Assembly (NCBI GenBank): GCA_041907605.1
Contig: JAYRGZ010000014.1
Span: forward strand, 5,116 to 69,115
From: Minisyncoccota bacterium
GTDB taxonomy: Bacteria > Patescibacteriota > Minisyncoccia > Phycocordibacterales > UBA9973
Direction: 5' to 3'
DNA length: 64,000 nt
Below, piece after piece: positions 52,168-60,910 of this stretch; position 1 is the first letter of the stretch, and each line of letters opens with the position of its first letter. The translations under genes and the position numbers were made by a program. The notes under the pieces are model-generated. The model was not told the DNA's origin and searched no databases. It was given only the letters and a program-made list of their open reading frames with translations.

Positions 52168-53270
52168 GAGAATTTTTGATATTTAGAAACGTTTAACACA
52201 ATACCAACCGCAGCTAAGGAAAATAGGAGCGAGGTTCCACCCTGACTTACAAAAACTAGCGGTACACCAGTAAGTGGAAAAAGTCCTATAATTGAAGCAA
52301 TATTAAGAAACGATTGGAATGTAATCAGTATAACAATACCTGTAACCAAAAGTCTACCGAATTGATCCTTTGCATAATAAGCGATTCTAAGTCCTCTTAG
52401 TGCAAAAGCTAAATATAAAATTATTATTATTGTACTTCCCAGAAAACCGAATTCTTCACCAACTACTGCAAAGATTGAATCTCCTTGGGGCTCAGGTAAG
52501 TAATCAAATTTCTGAATACTCTGCCCTAGACCTCTTCCAACAAATCCTCCCGATCCAACAGCAATAAGAGATTGTTTTAGTTGATACGATGAACCGCGGG
52601 GATCATTATCAGGATTTAGAAATGTCTTCACTCTGTCTTTAAGATATGGGGTTGTAGAAAGAAGTAATCCAAGAGCGATTGAAACTACAACAAAAAGACC
52701 GAGTATATACTTCCACGGAATTCCTGAAACAAAAAGCATAATCGCTCCGGAAATCGCCATGAGCAGAAAACTTTTTGTGTCAGGTTGGGTAAAAAGTAAA
52801 GCTGCAGAAATACCAAGCATCGCAATAAGTGGTAAAACACTGAATCTAATATCCTTAACTTTATTTTTTATCCAAGAAAGCCATCCTGCGAGATAAATAA
52901 CGAAACCAATTTTTAGTAATTCAGCTGGTTGAAATGTAACGAATTTTAGATCAACCCACCTTTTGGCACCACCATGGGTAAATCCAAGCCCTGGGATAAA
53001 TACTAAAAACATTAAAAGTATTGTAAAGAAAAAAATATAGAAAGCATTCTTGCGCCAAAACGAATAGTTAATTTTTGTTGTGACAACAAGTGCAATAGTT
53101 CCACCGATAAGGCCTAGGGCAAGTTGACTGATTAACACATTATAAAATTTTGTCTCACTTCGAGCTAAAACTCCCAAGGATGCTGAAATAAAAACAATAA
53201 CACCAATTATTAAAATAACTACAACAATCCCAAGAAAAAATGTATCGATTTTTTTTTCTTTCGTTGCCAT
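52164..53270 (-). CDS. ftsW: SEDS peptidoglycan polymerase FtsW
   Basis: GAKRW, QPAE..K, QPD, LPEPQGD, GEEFG, GVPL. Confidence 0.9.
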   Translation of the reverse strand: MATKEKKIDTFFLGIVVVILIIGVIVFISASLGVLARSETKFYNVLISQLALGLIGGTIALVVTTKINYSFWRKNAFYIFFFTILLMFLVFIPGLGFTHGGAKRWVDLKFVTFQPAELLKIGFVIYLAGWLSWIKNKVKDIRFSVLPLIAMLGISAALLFTQPDTKSFLLMAISGAIMLFVSGIPWKYILGLFVVVSIALGLLLSTTPYLKDRVKTFLNPDNDPRGSSYQLKQSLIAVGSGGFVGRGLGQSIQKFDYLPEPQGDSIFAVVGEEFGFLGSTIIIILYLAFALRGLRIAYYAKDQFGRLLVTGIVILITFQSFLNIASIIGLFPLTGVPLVFVSQGGTSLLFSLAAVGIVLNVSKYQKFS

Positions 53271-53272
53271 AT

Positions 53273-54307
53273 TTATCCTACAAATGTAAGAATTAATCCA
53301 AATAATGCAAAGATAAGTGAGATAATCCAATAACGCATTACTACCTTATATGGAGGCCAACCCATAGCTTGAAAATGATTGTGTAGTGGCGCTACTAAAA
53401 ATATTTTTTTACCATTTCTAAATTTCTTCGATAGAATCTGCAAAATACTTGAGAGAGCTGTGACGATAAGTGGTAAGGCAATAATTGGTAGGACTATTAC
53501 AGCTCTAGTTAAGAATGCTACAACAACAAGTGTAGTGGTAAGAGCCATAGTACCAGTCTCACTTAGAAAAAATCTGGCAGGTGGAATATTAAACCACAAA
53601 AAAGCTAGAAGACCTCCAGAGATAGTCATACAAAATGCAGATAAGTCATACTGACCATGCATAAAGGCAATAACTGCATAAGTGGTATAAATAATAGAAA
53701 ATATTCCTCCAGCTAATCCATCTATGCCATCTATGATTCCCCCAGCGTAAATTGAAAGCATGGCAAATATAAAAATTGGAATAAATAATATACCAAGTTG
53801 TAATTCTCCCAAAAATGGGACAATTATGCTGGTTACTTCTAATTTTGTATAAAACCATAGAGCACCTATCAATCCCACAATAAGTACAAGCAGAATTCTT
53901 TTTTTAAGTGATAGCCCACCACCAACGTGAGTTCCGGTATCTCTGCAAACCTGATAGTCGTCAATTAGTCCGATCAAAGCCATAACAATGAGTGTAAAAA
54001 ATGGTAACCAAGTCTGACTTCTACTTATAAAAGATAAATCCAGAGCATTTATTAACTGCAAAATTACAGCAACAACAAATACACTTCCCCACACGATAAT
54101 TCCACCCATGCGTGGAACTTTTCGATTTTCATCATCGTGTAATTTTTGAGATATAGATGCAACACTACCATCTAATGATTTTGATACACTATTTTTTTTC
54201 CAAAATTTATTTTTGTACAGAAAATTGGTTAAAATTGGCGCTCCTAAAATACCTAAAGTAAAAGCAAAAATACCCGGAACCATAATTTTTACAAGATTAG
54301 ATAGCAT
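53273..54307 (-). CDS. mraY: Phospho-MurNAc-pentapeptide transferase
   Basis: PRMGG, DD, DGIDGLA, FLWFNIPPA, APLHNHF. Confidence 0.93.
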   Translation of the reverse strand: MLSNLVKIMVPGIFAFTLGILGAPILTNFLYKNKFWKKNSVSKSLDGSVASISQKLHDDENRKVPRMGGIIVWGSVFVVAVILQLINALDLSFISRSQTWLPFFTLIVMALIGLIDDYQVCRDTGTHVGGGLSLKKRILLVLIVGLIGALWFYTKLEVTSIIVPFLGELQLGILFIPIFIFAMLSIYAGGIIDGIDGLAGGIFSIIYTTYAVIAFMHGQYDLSAFCMTISGGLLAFLWFNIPPARFFLSETGTMALTTTLVVVAFLTRAVIVLPIIALPLIVTALSSILQILSKKFRNGKKIFLVAPLHNHFQAMGWPPYKVVMRYWIISLIFALFGLILTFVG

Positions 54308-55610
54308 ATGATTTTGTCTCTAAAATCTCACGAATAACATTGCGATCATCCCACGGTATCATTTTGCCTCCGATTATCATTGATTGCTCTGAGCCCTTAC
54401 CTGTTACAAGAACTATATCACCTACTTTAGCAATTTTAATCGCTTTCTCTATTGCTTTTTTTCTATCTTCTATTGTAAAAAGATTTTCTCCACGTATTTT
54501 GCCTTCTATCTCTGCAAATTTCGCTACACCCTCGATAATTTCTGCAGGATCATCCTCATACGGATCCACATTTGTTACAATTACATAATCAGCTTTGAGA
54601 CCCGCAGCACGCCCCATATGTTCTCGCTTGGCTTTATCTCTCCCGCCTCCTTCTGCACCCAAAATCACTATAATTTTCTGGGTTGGTGTTTTAATAGATT
54701 TTGCAGTATCTAATAATCCATTCATACTTACCTTCTCGTGTGCATAATCTACAATAATTGTAGCTGGATCATTTAATCTCATAATTTCCATCCTGCCTGG
54801 TATAACAGTGAGAGAACTGATACCTGTCTGAATTTTTTCATTTCTAATTTCTAAATAATTTGCAAGCGCAATTGCTGGTAAAACATTGTAGACGTTAAAT
54901 GTTCCTAGTATTGGTATGTGATATCTATTGTTTAATACTGTGACATCTACACCACGGATATCTTGATAAATATTTTGGGCTTGTACTTCCCCGTTTGAAA
55001 TTCCATAAGTAATTTTTTTATCTGCATCAAAATTATAATAATACTGATAGTGTTCGCTGTCTGCATTAGCTATTATAACTTTCTTGATTTCTTTTCCATT
55101 TATTGTCTTTTTGGGATATTTTGATAATGATGCGAAGAGCTTCCCTTTCATTTCTTTATATTTTTCAAAACTCCCACCATGGGATGGTAAATGCTCAGGT
55201 GTAAGATTGGTAAATATTGCCACATCAAAATATAGTCCGACATCACGATTTAATTTCAAACCCTCTGATGTTACTTCCATAACCACATGAGTGCACCCAT
55301 TTGCAATCATTTTGCGTAATAGTTTCTGTATTACCCATGGCTTCGGCATTGTCATGTGATATTCATTCATAAATTCTTCTTCACCAATTCGAATATTGGC
55401 AGTACCAATAAGACCAGTTTTCATACCTGCGCCTTGTAGTATTGACCATAAAAAATTAGCTGTGGTGGTTTTACCTTTTGTACCCGTGATACCAATTAAA
55501 ACAATTTCCTTACTAGGAAAGTTATAAAAAAGGCAGGCTAAATATGCTACTACGGAGTGATACTTCAACAATATTTTATATGGTAATAATGACTTTAGTA
55601 TTTTCTTCAT
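54297..55610 (-). CDS. murE: MurE-like Mur ligase
   Basis: GITGTKGKTT, MEVTS, FTNLTPEHL, PGRME, VDYAH, GKGSE. Confidence 0.88.
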   Translation of the reverse strand: MKKILKSLLPYKILLKYHSVVAYLACLFYNFPSKEIVLIGITGTKGKTTTANFLWSILQGAGMKTGLIGTANIRIGEEEFMNEYHMTMPKPWVIQKLLRKMIANGCTHVVMEVTSEGLKLNRDVGLYFDVAIFTNLTPEHLPSHGGSFEKYKEMKGKLFASLSKYPKKTINGKEIKKVIIANADSEHYQYYYNFDADKKITYGISNGEVQAQNIYQDIRGVDVTVLNNRYHIPILGTFNVYNVLPAIALANYLEIRNEKIQTGISSLTVIPGRMEIMRLNDPATIIVDYAHEKVSMNGLLDTAKSIKTPTQKIIVILGAEGGGRDKAKREHMGRAAGLKADYVIVTNVDPYEDDPAEIIEGVAKFAEIEGKIRGENLFTIEDRKKAIEKAIKIAKVGDIVLVTGKGSEQSMIIGGKMIPWDDRNVIREILETKSYAI

Positions 55611-55614
55611 AGAT

Positions 55615-56520
55615 CTACTCCAAATATTTATTGGTACTATCTACTATCGTAAGCATATCATTAAATCGGTCGTTTTTTGTTGATCCCAACACACATGCGG
55701 AAACCATATCGCCATTAGTAGCTTTAAATAGTGTCACAAGTGCTCCACCGGCACTTTCTGTAAATCCAGTTTTAGAAGCTAAAATGCCAGGAATCTCATC
55801 GACAACTACGTTTGTATTTTTTACATCCTTTCTATTGCCATCCATTGAATACAAAATTGTTTGTAATTTTGTTGTATCGTCAAACGACCAAGGGTAAAGT
55901 GAATATGTATCAAATAACATTCTAGTGACATCAGCACATGTAGAAAACGAGGTAGGTGTACCGTCCCTAGCATCTAGTCCTGAGGGACTATAGAAATGAG
56001 TGTTTGTATAACCAAGCCTTTTTGCCTTGGCATTCATTTCACCTACTAAATCTAGACCTGCGCTTTTTGAATAATCATATAACGCCTGAGCGATGTCATT
56101 TGAAGAAGCAGAAAGCATAAATTTTATGATATCTTCTACTTTCCATTTTTCACTAGCATATAATCCCTCATCACCATACTGCTTTAGAGAATCTTCGTTT
56201 ATAACAATAGAATCTACATTTTTAAAATTATCCAAGAAAGTCCTAGCTGTCATAATTTTCGTAAGTGATGCTATCGGTAATACCTTGTCCTCGTTTTTTT
56301 TGAAAATTACTTCATTCTTTGAAAAATCATATATGTATGTAGAATCTGCAACTAATTTTATTTCATTAAAATATGTATTGTATCTTTCTGCTTTTATCTC
56401 TTGAGCCTTCTGGGTTATTTGTATTTCTTTAGCGAAATTTTTCAAAAAGAGTGCGCTGAGCACTCCAAGTAAAACAAAAACATATATGAGAGCAAACTCT
56501 TGTTTAGTCAGTTTGTTCAT
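55615..56520 (-). CDS. D-alanyl-D-alanine carboxypeptidase (S11)
   Basis: SLTK, SSN, KTG motifs. Confidence 0.9.
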   Translation of the reverse strand: MNKLTKQEFALIYVFVLLGVLSALFLKNFAKEIQITQKAQEIKAERYNTYFNEIKLVADSTYIYDFSKNEVIFKKNEDKVLPIASLTKIMTARTFLDNFKNVDSIVINEDSLKQYGDEGLYASEKWKVEDIIKFMLSASSNDIAQALYDYSKSAGLDLVGEMNAKAKRLGYTNTHFYSPSGLDARDGTPTSFSTCADVTRMLFDTYSLYPWSFDDTTKLQTILYSMDGNRKDVKNTNVVVDEIPGILASKTGFTESAGGALVTLFKATNGDMVSACVLGSTKNDRFNDMLTIVDSTNKYLE

Positions 56521-57064
56521 TATTATTCAATACTTCGGAGGCACCCGAAAGTTCACTTTCTAGCATTTGTTTGTAATTTGAAAATTCTGGCATCTCCCCA
56601 ACACCTGTAACACCAAGATATCGCAATGCATCTAGGGTTACTTTGTAAACAAATCTTCTACTGTCATTGGGATCAATTTCTCTATCAATAAGACCTCTAA
56701 TAGATAGATTGCGCAAAATAAAACTTGAATTTACCCCACGTATATAATCTATATCACTTCTTGTTGCTCCGTCCTTATATAAAATAATAGCCAATGTCTC
56801 AAGTGATGCCTTTGTTAATTCTTTATTTAATTCCTCTTTTTTTATATCTTCTATTATTTGGGATAATTCCTTGGCTGTTCCAAGTGTTAAGGTATTATTT
56901 TCTTCAAGCAATACAATACCTCTACCATTTAAATTTTCTCGTAGTTTCGCCAATGCTTCTTTAATTTCATTCTCGGACACTTTCAAATAATGTGAAATTT
57001 TCTTTATTTCAAGCGGCTCCCCCAATACGAACAATAGACCTTCAATTTTTGATTCTAGCTCCAT
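56504..57064 (-). CDS. scpB: Condensin subunit ScpB
   Basis: IEGLLF..GEP, LETLAIILY, IRGVNS. Confidence 0.93.
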   Translation of the reverse strand: MELESKIEGLLFVLGEPLEIKKISHYLKVSENEIKEALAKLRENLNGRGIVLLEENNTLTLGTAKELSQIIEDIKKEELNKELTKASLETLAIILYKDGATRSDIDYIRGVNSSFILRNLSIRGLIDREIDPNDSRRFVYKVTLDALRYLGVTGVGEMPEFSNYKQMLESELSGASEVLNNNEQTD

Positions 57065-57065
57065 A

Positions 57066-57821
57066 TTAAATCTCACTCTTATCTAATTTTGTAATTGTCA
57101 TATCGGAAAATACTTCACCTTGTAACACATCTACAATTCCACTTCGGACTAGTTCTAGCATAGCAAGAAACGAAACTATTGTATAAACCTTTTGTGCTTT
57201 TTCATCCTCTGGATTTGGATGTTTAGAAAAATCAGAAAAAGATATTTGCATTGCCTTCTGGATTCGATCACTTAGACTGTTTATCATCTCCTCAATATTT
57301 ATTACCTTGCGTACAGAAACTTCTTGCAAAATTTCCTTCTTCGGAATGCGACTAATTACACCCTCTATCGCGTTTTTCAAATTAATTTGAGAAATAGATG
57401 GATGAGGTGTGAACACAACTACCTCTATATTTTCGGGCTCTCTAAAATATATAATCTCCTTACCGAATTTTGCTCTAATATATTCTCCTGCATCACGCAT
57501 AGCAGCATAGAGTTTCAAACGTGATTCCAGATTTGTAATTTTCTCTTCTTCTTCATTTGTAAGTGCCAAATTTGGTAGCAGTGAACGAGATTTGATAAGA
57601 ATAAGTGTCGCAGCAACAAGTACAAAACTCGTAGTATCTACGAGATTTACCTTGGGTAGTGATCGAACATACTCTATGTAGTCTGCTGTTACTTCAGCGA
57701 GAGATACTTCGTTTACGAAAAGCTTTCTTTTCTCTATCAAATCAAGTAGGACCTCAAGCGGTCCCTCAAAATTCCCTGATTTAACCGTATATGTTGATTC
57801 TATAGTAATTTCCTTATCCAC
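57066..57821 (-). CDS. scpA: Condensin subunit ScpA
   Basis: FEGPLEVLLDLI, LILIKSRSLLP, FLAMLEL. Confidence 0.93.
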   Translation of the reverse strand: MDKEITIESTYTVKSGNFEGPLEVLLDLIEKRKLFVNEVSLAEVTADYIEYVRSLPKVNLVDTTSFVLVAATLILIKSRSLLPNLALTNEEEEKITNLESRLKLYAAMRDAGEYIRAKFGKEIIYFREPENIEVVVFTPHPSISQINLKNAIEGVISRIPKKEILQEVSVRKVINIEEMINSLSDRIQKAMQISFSDFSKHPNPEDEKAQKVYTIVSFLAMLELVRSGIVDVLQGEVFSDMTITKLDKSEI

Positions 57822-57935
57822 TAGGCTATTCTAGCCTTTTTTAGTAATTTTTTCTAGGGAATATCCTAGTATATTCAACAAACAAGCATCTATATAAAAT
57901 TAACATCCTGTATTTCTATCACAAGTTATCCACAC

Positions 57936-57973
57936 CACTTTAGTTGACTAAAGTACTTTAGTTAGATAAAGTA
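57936..57973. promoter_or_regulatory. Two tandem YACTTTA-N6-TAAAGTR operators overlapping the yerC-like promoter
   Basis: CACTTTA-GTTGAC-TAAAGTA (57936-57955) and TACTTTA-GTTAGA-TAAAGTA (57954-57973). Confidence 0.85.
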
Positions 57974-57981
57974 GACTAGTT

Positions 57982-58314
57982 ATGAAATTTGAATGGGATA
58001 CAAAAGAAAATAAACAACTTCTTGATGCAATTCTTGCACTAGAGAATACTGACGAAGCTAAACGCTTTTTAAGAGATCTTATGACTGAGGGAGAAATTAC
58101 TGAATTTAGTAAGCGTCTTGAAGCTGCCAGAATGCTTTCTCGTGATATCCAATACAACACAATAATTGAAAAGACAGGTTTATCCTCTACCACAATTGCT
58201 CGTATTTCTAAGTGGCTCAAGGGTTCCCTTGGGGGCTATAGTCTAATACTAAATCGTATTTCAAGTCATCATCCTTCTTCCCAAATGAGGAAAGGATTGA
58301 TTTCATCTATCTAG
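57982..58314 (+). CDS. YerC/YecD TrpR-like repressor
   Basis: AILAL..DEAKRFLRDLMT.GEI, RL.AARML, TGLSSTTIARISKWL..GGY. Confidence 0.92.
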   Translation: MKFEWDTKENKQLLDAILALENTDEAKRFLRDLMTEGEITEFSKRLEAARMLSRDIQYNTIIEKTGLSSTTIARISKWLKGSLGGYSLILNRISSHHPSSQMRKGLISSI

Positions 58315-58360
58315 AAGATACAAGAAACTAGCCCCTTCCCCATTTGGTGAAGGGGTTTTA
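58267..58360 (+). promoter_or_regulatory. Putative transcription attenuator (His-His codons plus alternative hairpins)
   Basis: 1:2, 2:3 and 3:4 pairings; terminator CCCCTTC..GAAGGGG-TTTT at 58332-58359. Confidence 0.65.
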
Positions 58361-58407
58361 CTTACTTACCACAAAATAGTAAGTGTAATCTTTAAAAATT
58401 AAATAGA

Positions 58408-58539
58408 GTGGAAAACCTTGAAAAACTAGTAAAAGAACTAATTGAACAAATTTCAAAATTGACCATAGCTGTGGAAAAATTATCATCTACTCAATTTGTA
58501 ATTCAAGAGAAAAAAAGTTCTTCCCGAGCTGATTGGTAA
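58408..58539 (+). CDS. 43-aa microprotein (amphipathic helix)
   Basis: GTG start, MENLEKLVKELIEQISKLTIAVEKLSSTQFVIQEKKSSSRADW*. Confidence 0.5.
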   Translation: MENLEKLVKELIEQISKLTIAVEKLSSTQFVIQEKKSSSRADW

Positions 58540-58556
58540 CCCAAACAAAATTGTTT

Positions 58557-58625
58557 ATGAAAAAACAGACAAGAAAATGGTTAAACCACTTCTCATTAGG
58601 AGGAGCTGGACCTCACATCAATTAA
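58557..58625 (+). CDS. 22-aa peptide MKKQTRKWLNHFSLGGAGPHIN
   Basis: ATG..TAA ORF followed after 4 nt by a terminator hairpin. Confidence 0.55.
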   Translation: MKKQTRKWLNHFSLGGAGPHIN

Positions 58626-58629
58626 AATC

Positions 58630-58664
58630 ATGGGGGATAAATTTGTAATCCCCCATTTTTCTTT
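58630..58664 (+). terminator. Intrinsic terminator after the 22-aa peptide
   Basis: ATGGGGGAT-aaatttgta-ATCCCCCAT followed by TTTTCTTT. Confidence 0.8.
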
Positions 58665-58683
58665 CACCTTCAAAAAAATACTT

Positions 58684-59442
58684 ATGCTTAAACAAACACA
58701 AAATATTCTCAAAAGATTACGAGAACTAAATCAATACCAATCTGGTGAGATAAAAATTAACTCCTGGGTTGATGAATACATCGACAAATGTATTTTAAAT
58801 TCAAAAACAATAACTATTATTTCACCATATTCAATTTCTCCTAGGTTGGAGGGACGCTATAAACGCGATAAATGTTTTAAGCCCACCAATGCTGAAATAA
58901 AGTTATTTGAAAAAGAAATACCACTTATAACTGAGCTATTTTTAATTAATAGTTTAAAAGTTAATTGGTGGTTATACCTTGCTCCTTCGTGTTTAGATAG
59001 TACTAGGCTTAATATTAATTTAGAATATGAATATACTAAAATGTTACTGGATCTAAATGAGAATGGGGGAAATCAAGTAGAGATAGTACATTGGGAAAAG
59101 GATGTTCTTGGTAAAAAACAATATCCAAATCCTACATTAGCTAATGTAGATTCATTCAATTCAATAGTTGATAAAGAAATGTTTGACAGTGAGGTCAATA
59201 GGCGTCTTGGAAAATGGCTTTCCTATTTGACGCCCAATGAAATTCTTGAAGAAACTAGGTATAAAATAGCATGTGAAGCAGAAGAGGGACGAATACTCAT
59301 GGAAGAAAATCCCTTCTGTTTCCCTGGTGAATTTCTTTATATGTCCTTTAATTCATCAGAAAAGCTAAAATTTTTTTCATTAATAACGCCAGATTTTTAT
59401 AAAAGAATAGTCTCGGTGTTAAAGAAATATCCATGGAGATAA
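58684..59442 (+). CDS. Hypothetical 252-aa protein (possible enzyme)
   Basis: Long ORF; ATG 58684 lies downstream of the terminator. Confidence 0.75.
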   Translation: MLKQTQNILKRLRELNQYQSGEIKINSWVDEYIDKCILNSKTITIISPYSISPRLEGRYKRDKCFKPTNAEIKLFEKEIPLITELFLINSLKVNWWLYLAPSCLDSTRLNINLEYEYTKMLLDLNENGGNQVEIVHWEKDVLGKKQYPNPTLANVDSFNSIVDKEMFDSEVNRRLGKWLSYLTPNEILEETRYKIACEAEEGRILMEENPFCFPGEFLYMSFNSSEKLKFFSLITPDFYKRIVSVLKKYPWR

Positions 59443-59444
59443 TT

Positions 59445-59469
59445 AAAAAGCCGGCAAAACCGGCTTTTT
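59445..59469. terminator. Bidirectional terminator
   Basis: AAAAAGCCGG-caaaa-CCGGCTTTTT between convergent genes. Confidence 0.85.
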
Positions 59470-60455
59470 TAGTGCTCTAAAATTTCAATTATGAGGTTTT
59501 TTCTTTTTGCATAAATCCGAGCTCTACCACCAATAGGAAAAGTGATCATCGGCGTCGTATGTCCAAAATCAACATTATAAATTATTGGAATACTCTTAGA
59601 TATCTGTTTATCCTTTAATATATACTTCATTTTTTTGATTGTCATACCTGCACCGTTTTGAAAACGACCCAATACAATTCCTTTTATTAATTTTGATTCT
59701 TTTGTATGCAGAAGTGAAGTAAGATTTCTTGAAAACTCTTCTGGAGTTAATTTACCACCAAAATCATCCTCCTCAATAAATAAAATTGAGTTGTTAAGAC
59801 TTGGCATATATTCAGTTCCTTGTAACAAATTAAGTGAACATAGATTTCCACCAATTATGGTTCCTGTAGCATTTCCTTCTTGAATTACTTCATATCCTTT
59901 GTTTTTTCTTGCCTTAATTTTCCTTTCAGAAAAATACTTTGAATTATTTATTTGGTAGGGGCTTTCATTAGTCAGGCATTTAATAAAATATTCAGTAATA
60001 TAAGAAACTATACCTTTCGTTTCTTCCATTCCTAATGTAGAAAATGAAGGACCACTGTATGTAATAAGACCAGTTTTAGCAAATATTGCATTAGATAATA
60101 CTGTTATATCACTATAGCCAATTATAGGTTTGGGGTTATTTTTTATTACAGCCCAATCTATATGTGGTAATAAATCATTTGAATTAAATCCTCCTCTGGC
60201 ACAAATTATAGCCTTTACTTTTTTATCAATAAAAGCTTTACGTAAATCATCAATTCTAGATTTTATACTAGATGATCCAAATATATCTTTTTCGTAAGCA
60301 TTTTTACTTATCGTTACATTAAATCCTAAATAATTTAATCTTAATATTGCTTTCTTAATTAAACTTCTAGGTTTAAATGTAGATATAGAAGAGGCAGGTG
60401 CAATTATACGAATTTCGTCACCCTTTTTTAGTTTTTTTGAATATATTAATTTCAT
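59469..60455 (-). CDS. S66 peptidase (LD-carboxypeptidase/MccF family)
   Basis: APAS, RGG, GYSDIT (Ser), GGNL, LFIEE (Glu), DFGHT (His). Confidence 0.93.
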   Translation of the reverse strand: MKLIYSKKLKKGDEIRIIAPASSISTFKPRSLIKKAILRLNYLGFNVTISKNAYEKDIFGSSSIKSRIDDLRKAFIDKKVKAIICARGGFNSNDLLPHIDWAVIKNNPKPIIGYSDITVLSNAIFAKTGLITYSGPSFSTLGMEETKGIVSYITEYFIKCLTNESPYQINNSKYFSERKIKARKNKGYEVIQEGNATGTIIGGNLCSLNLLQGTEYMPSLNNSILFIEEDDFGGKLTPEEFSRNLTSLLHTKESKLIKGIVLGRFQNGAGMTIKKMKYILKDKQISKSIPIIYNVDFGHTTPMITFPIGGRARIYAKRKNLIIEILEH

Positions 60456-60908
60456 TTATTCCCTAATTTTCTTTGCGATCTCAGCGAGCCATGCGTCATC
60501 TGCTCTTTCATAATCATGAGAGGAGATGTAGCCCTCGTATTTATCAAAAAATTTGTGTGGTTTACCAACAATTTTTTTCCATTCATCCATTTTGGTCCCG
60601 TGCATTGGGAAAAGTTTTGCATGTACATGGTTTACCCCGAATCCTTCAAATATCATTCCTGTACGTCCTACATCTTCTAGTTTTGAGTCAATCAACTTCC
60701 CCACTTTCTTCGCAGCGAGAACTAAATCAGAGAGAACTTTATCATCTAGATCAAATGCATAACTTGGATAATGTTCCTTTGTAACTACAACAGTAAATCC
60801 TGGAGTATTAGGAAAAATTGTCAGAAATGCCAAGTGCATATCATCTTCCCAGACTTTATGACACGGCAGTGCTCCTTTTACTATTTCACAAAATACACAT
60901 GTTTCCAT
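60456..60908 (-). CDS. HIT-family hydrolase, HxHxK variant
   Basis: CVFC, PGFTVV, HVHAKLFP. Confidence 0.92.
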   Translation of the reverse strand: METCVFCEIVKGALPCHKVWEDDMHLAFLTIFPNTPGFTVVVTKEHYPSYAFDLDDKVLSDLVLAAKKVGKLIDSKLEDVGRTGMIFEGFGVNHVHAKLFPMHGTKMDEWKKIVGKPHKFFDKYEGYISSHDYERADDAWLAEIAKKIRE

Positions 60909-60910
60909 AT

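Noticed and set aside
57926-57934. Replication origin
   Set aside because: DnaA boxes occur singly, with no cluster and no adjacent dnaA/dnaN
58630-58683. N-terminal 18-aa extension of the orphan gene
   Set aside because: ATG 58630 lies inside the terminator stem; ATG 58684 is more plausible
58557-60908. Canonical mcc (microcin C) biosynthetic cluster
   Set aside because: No MccB/ThiF adenylyltransferase or MccC exporter in the window, so only a non-canonical variant remains possible
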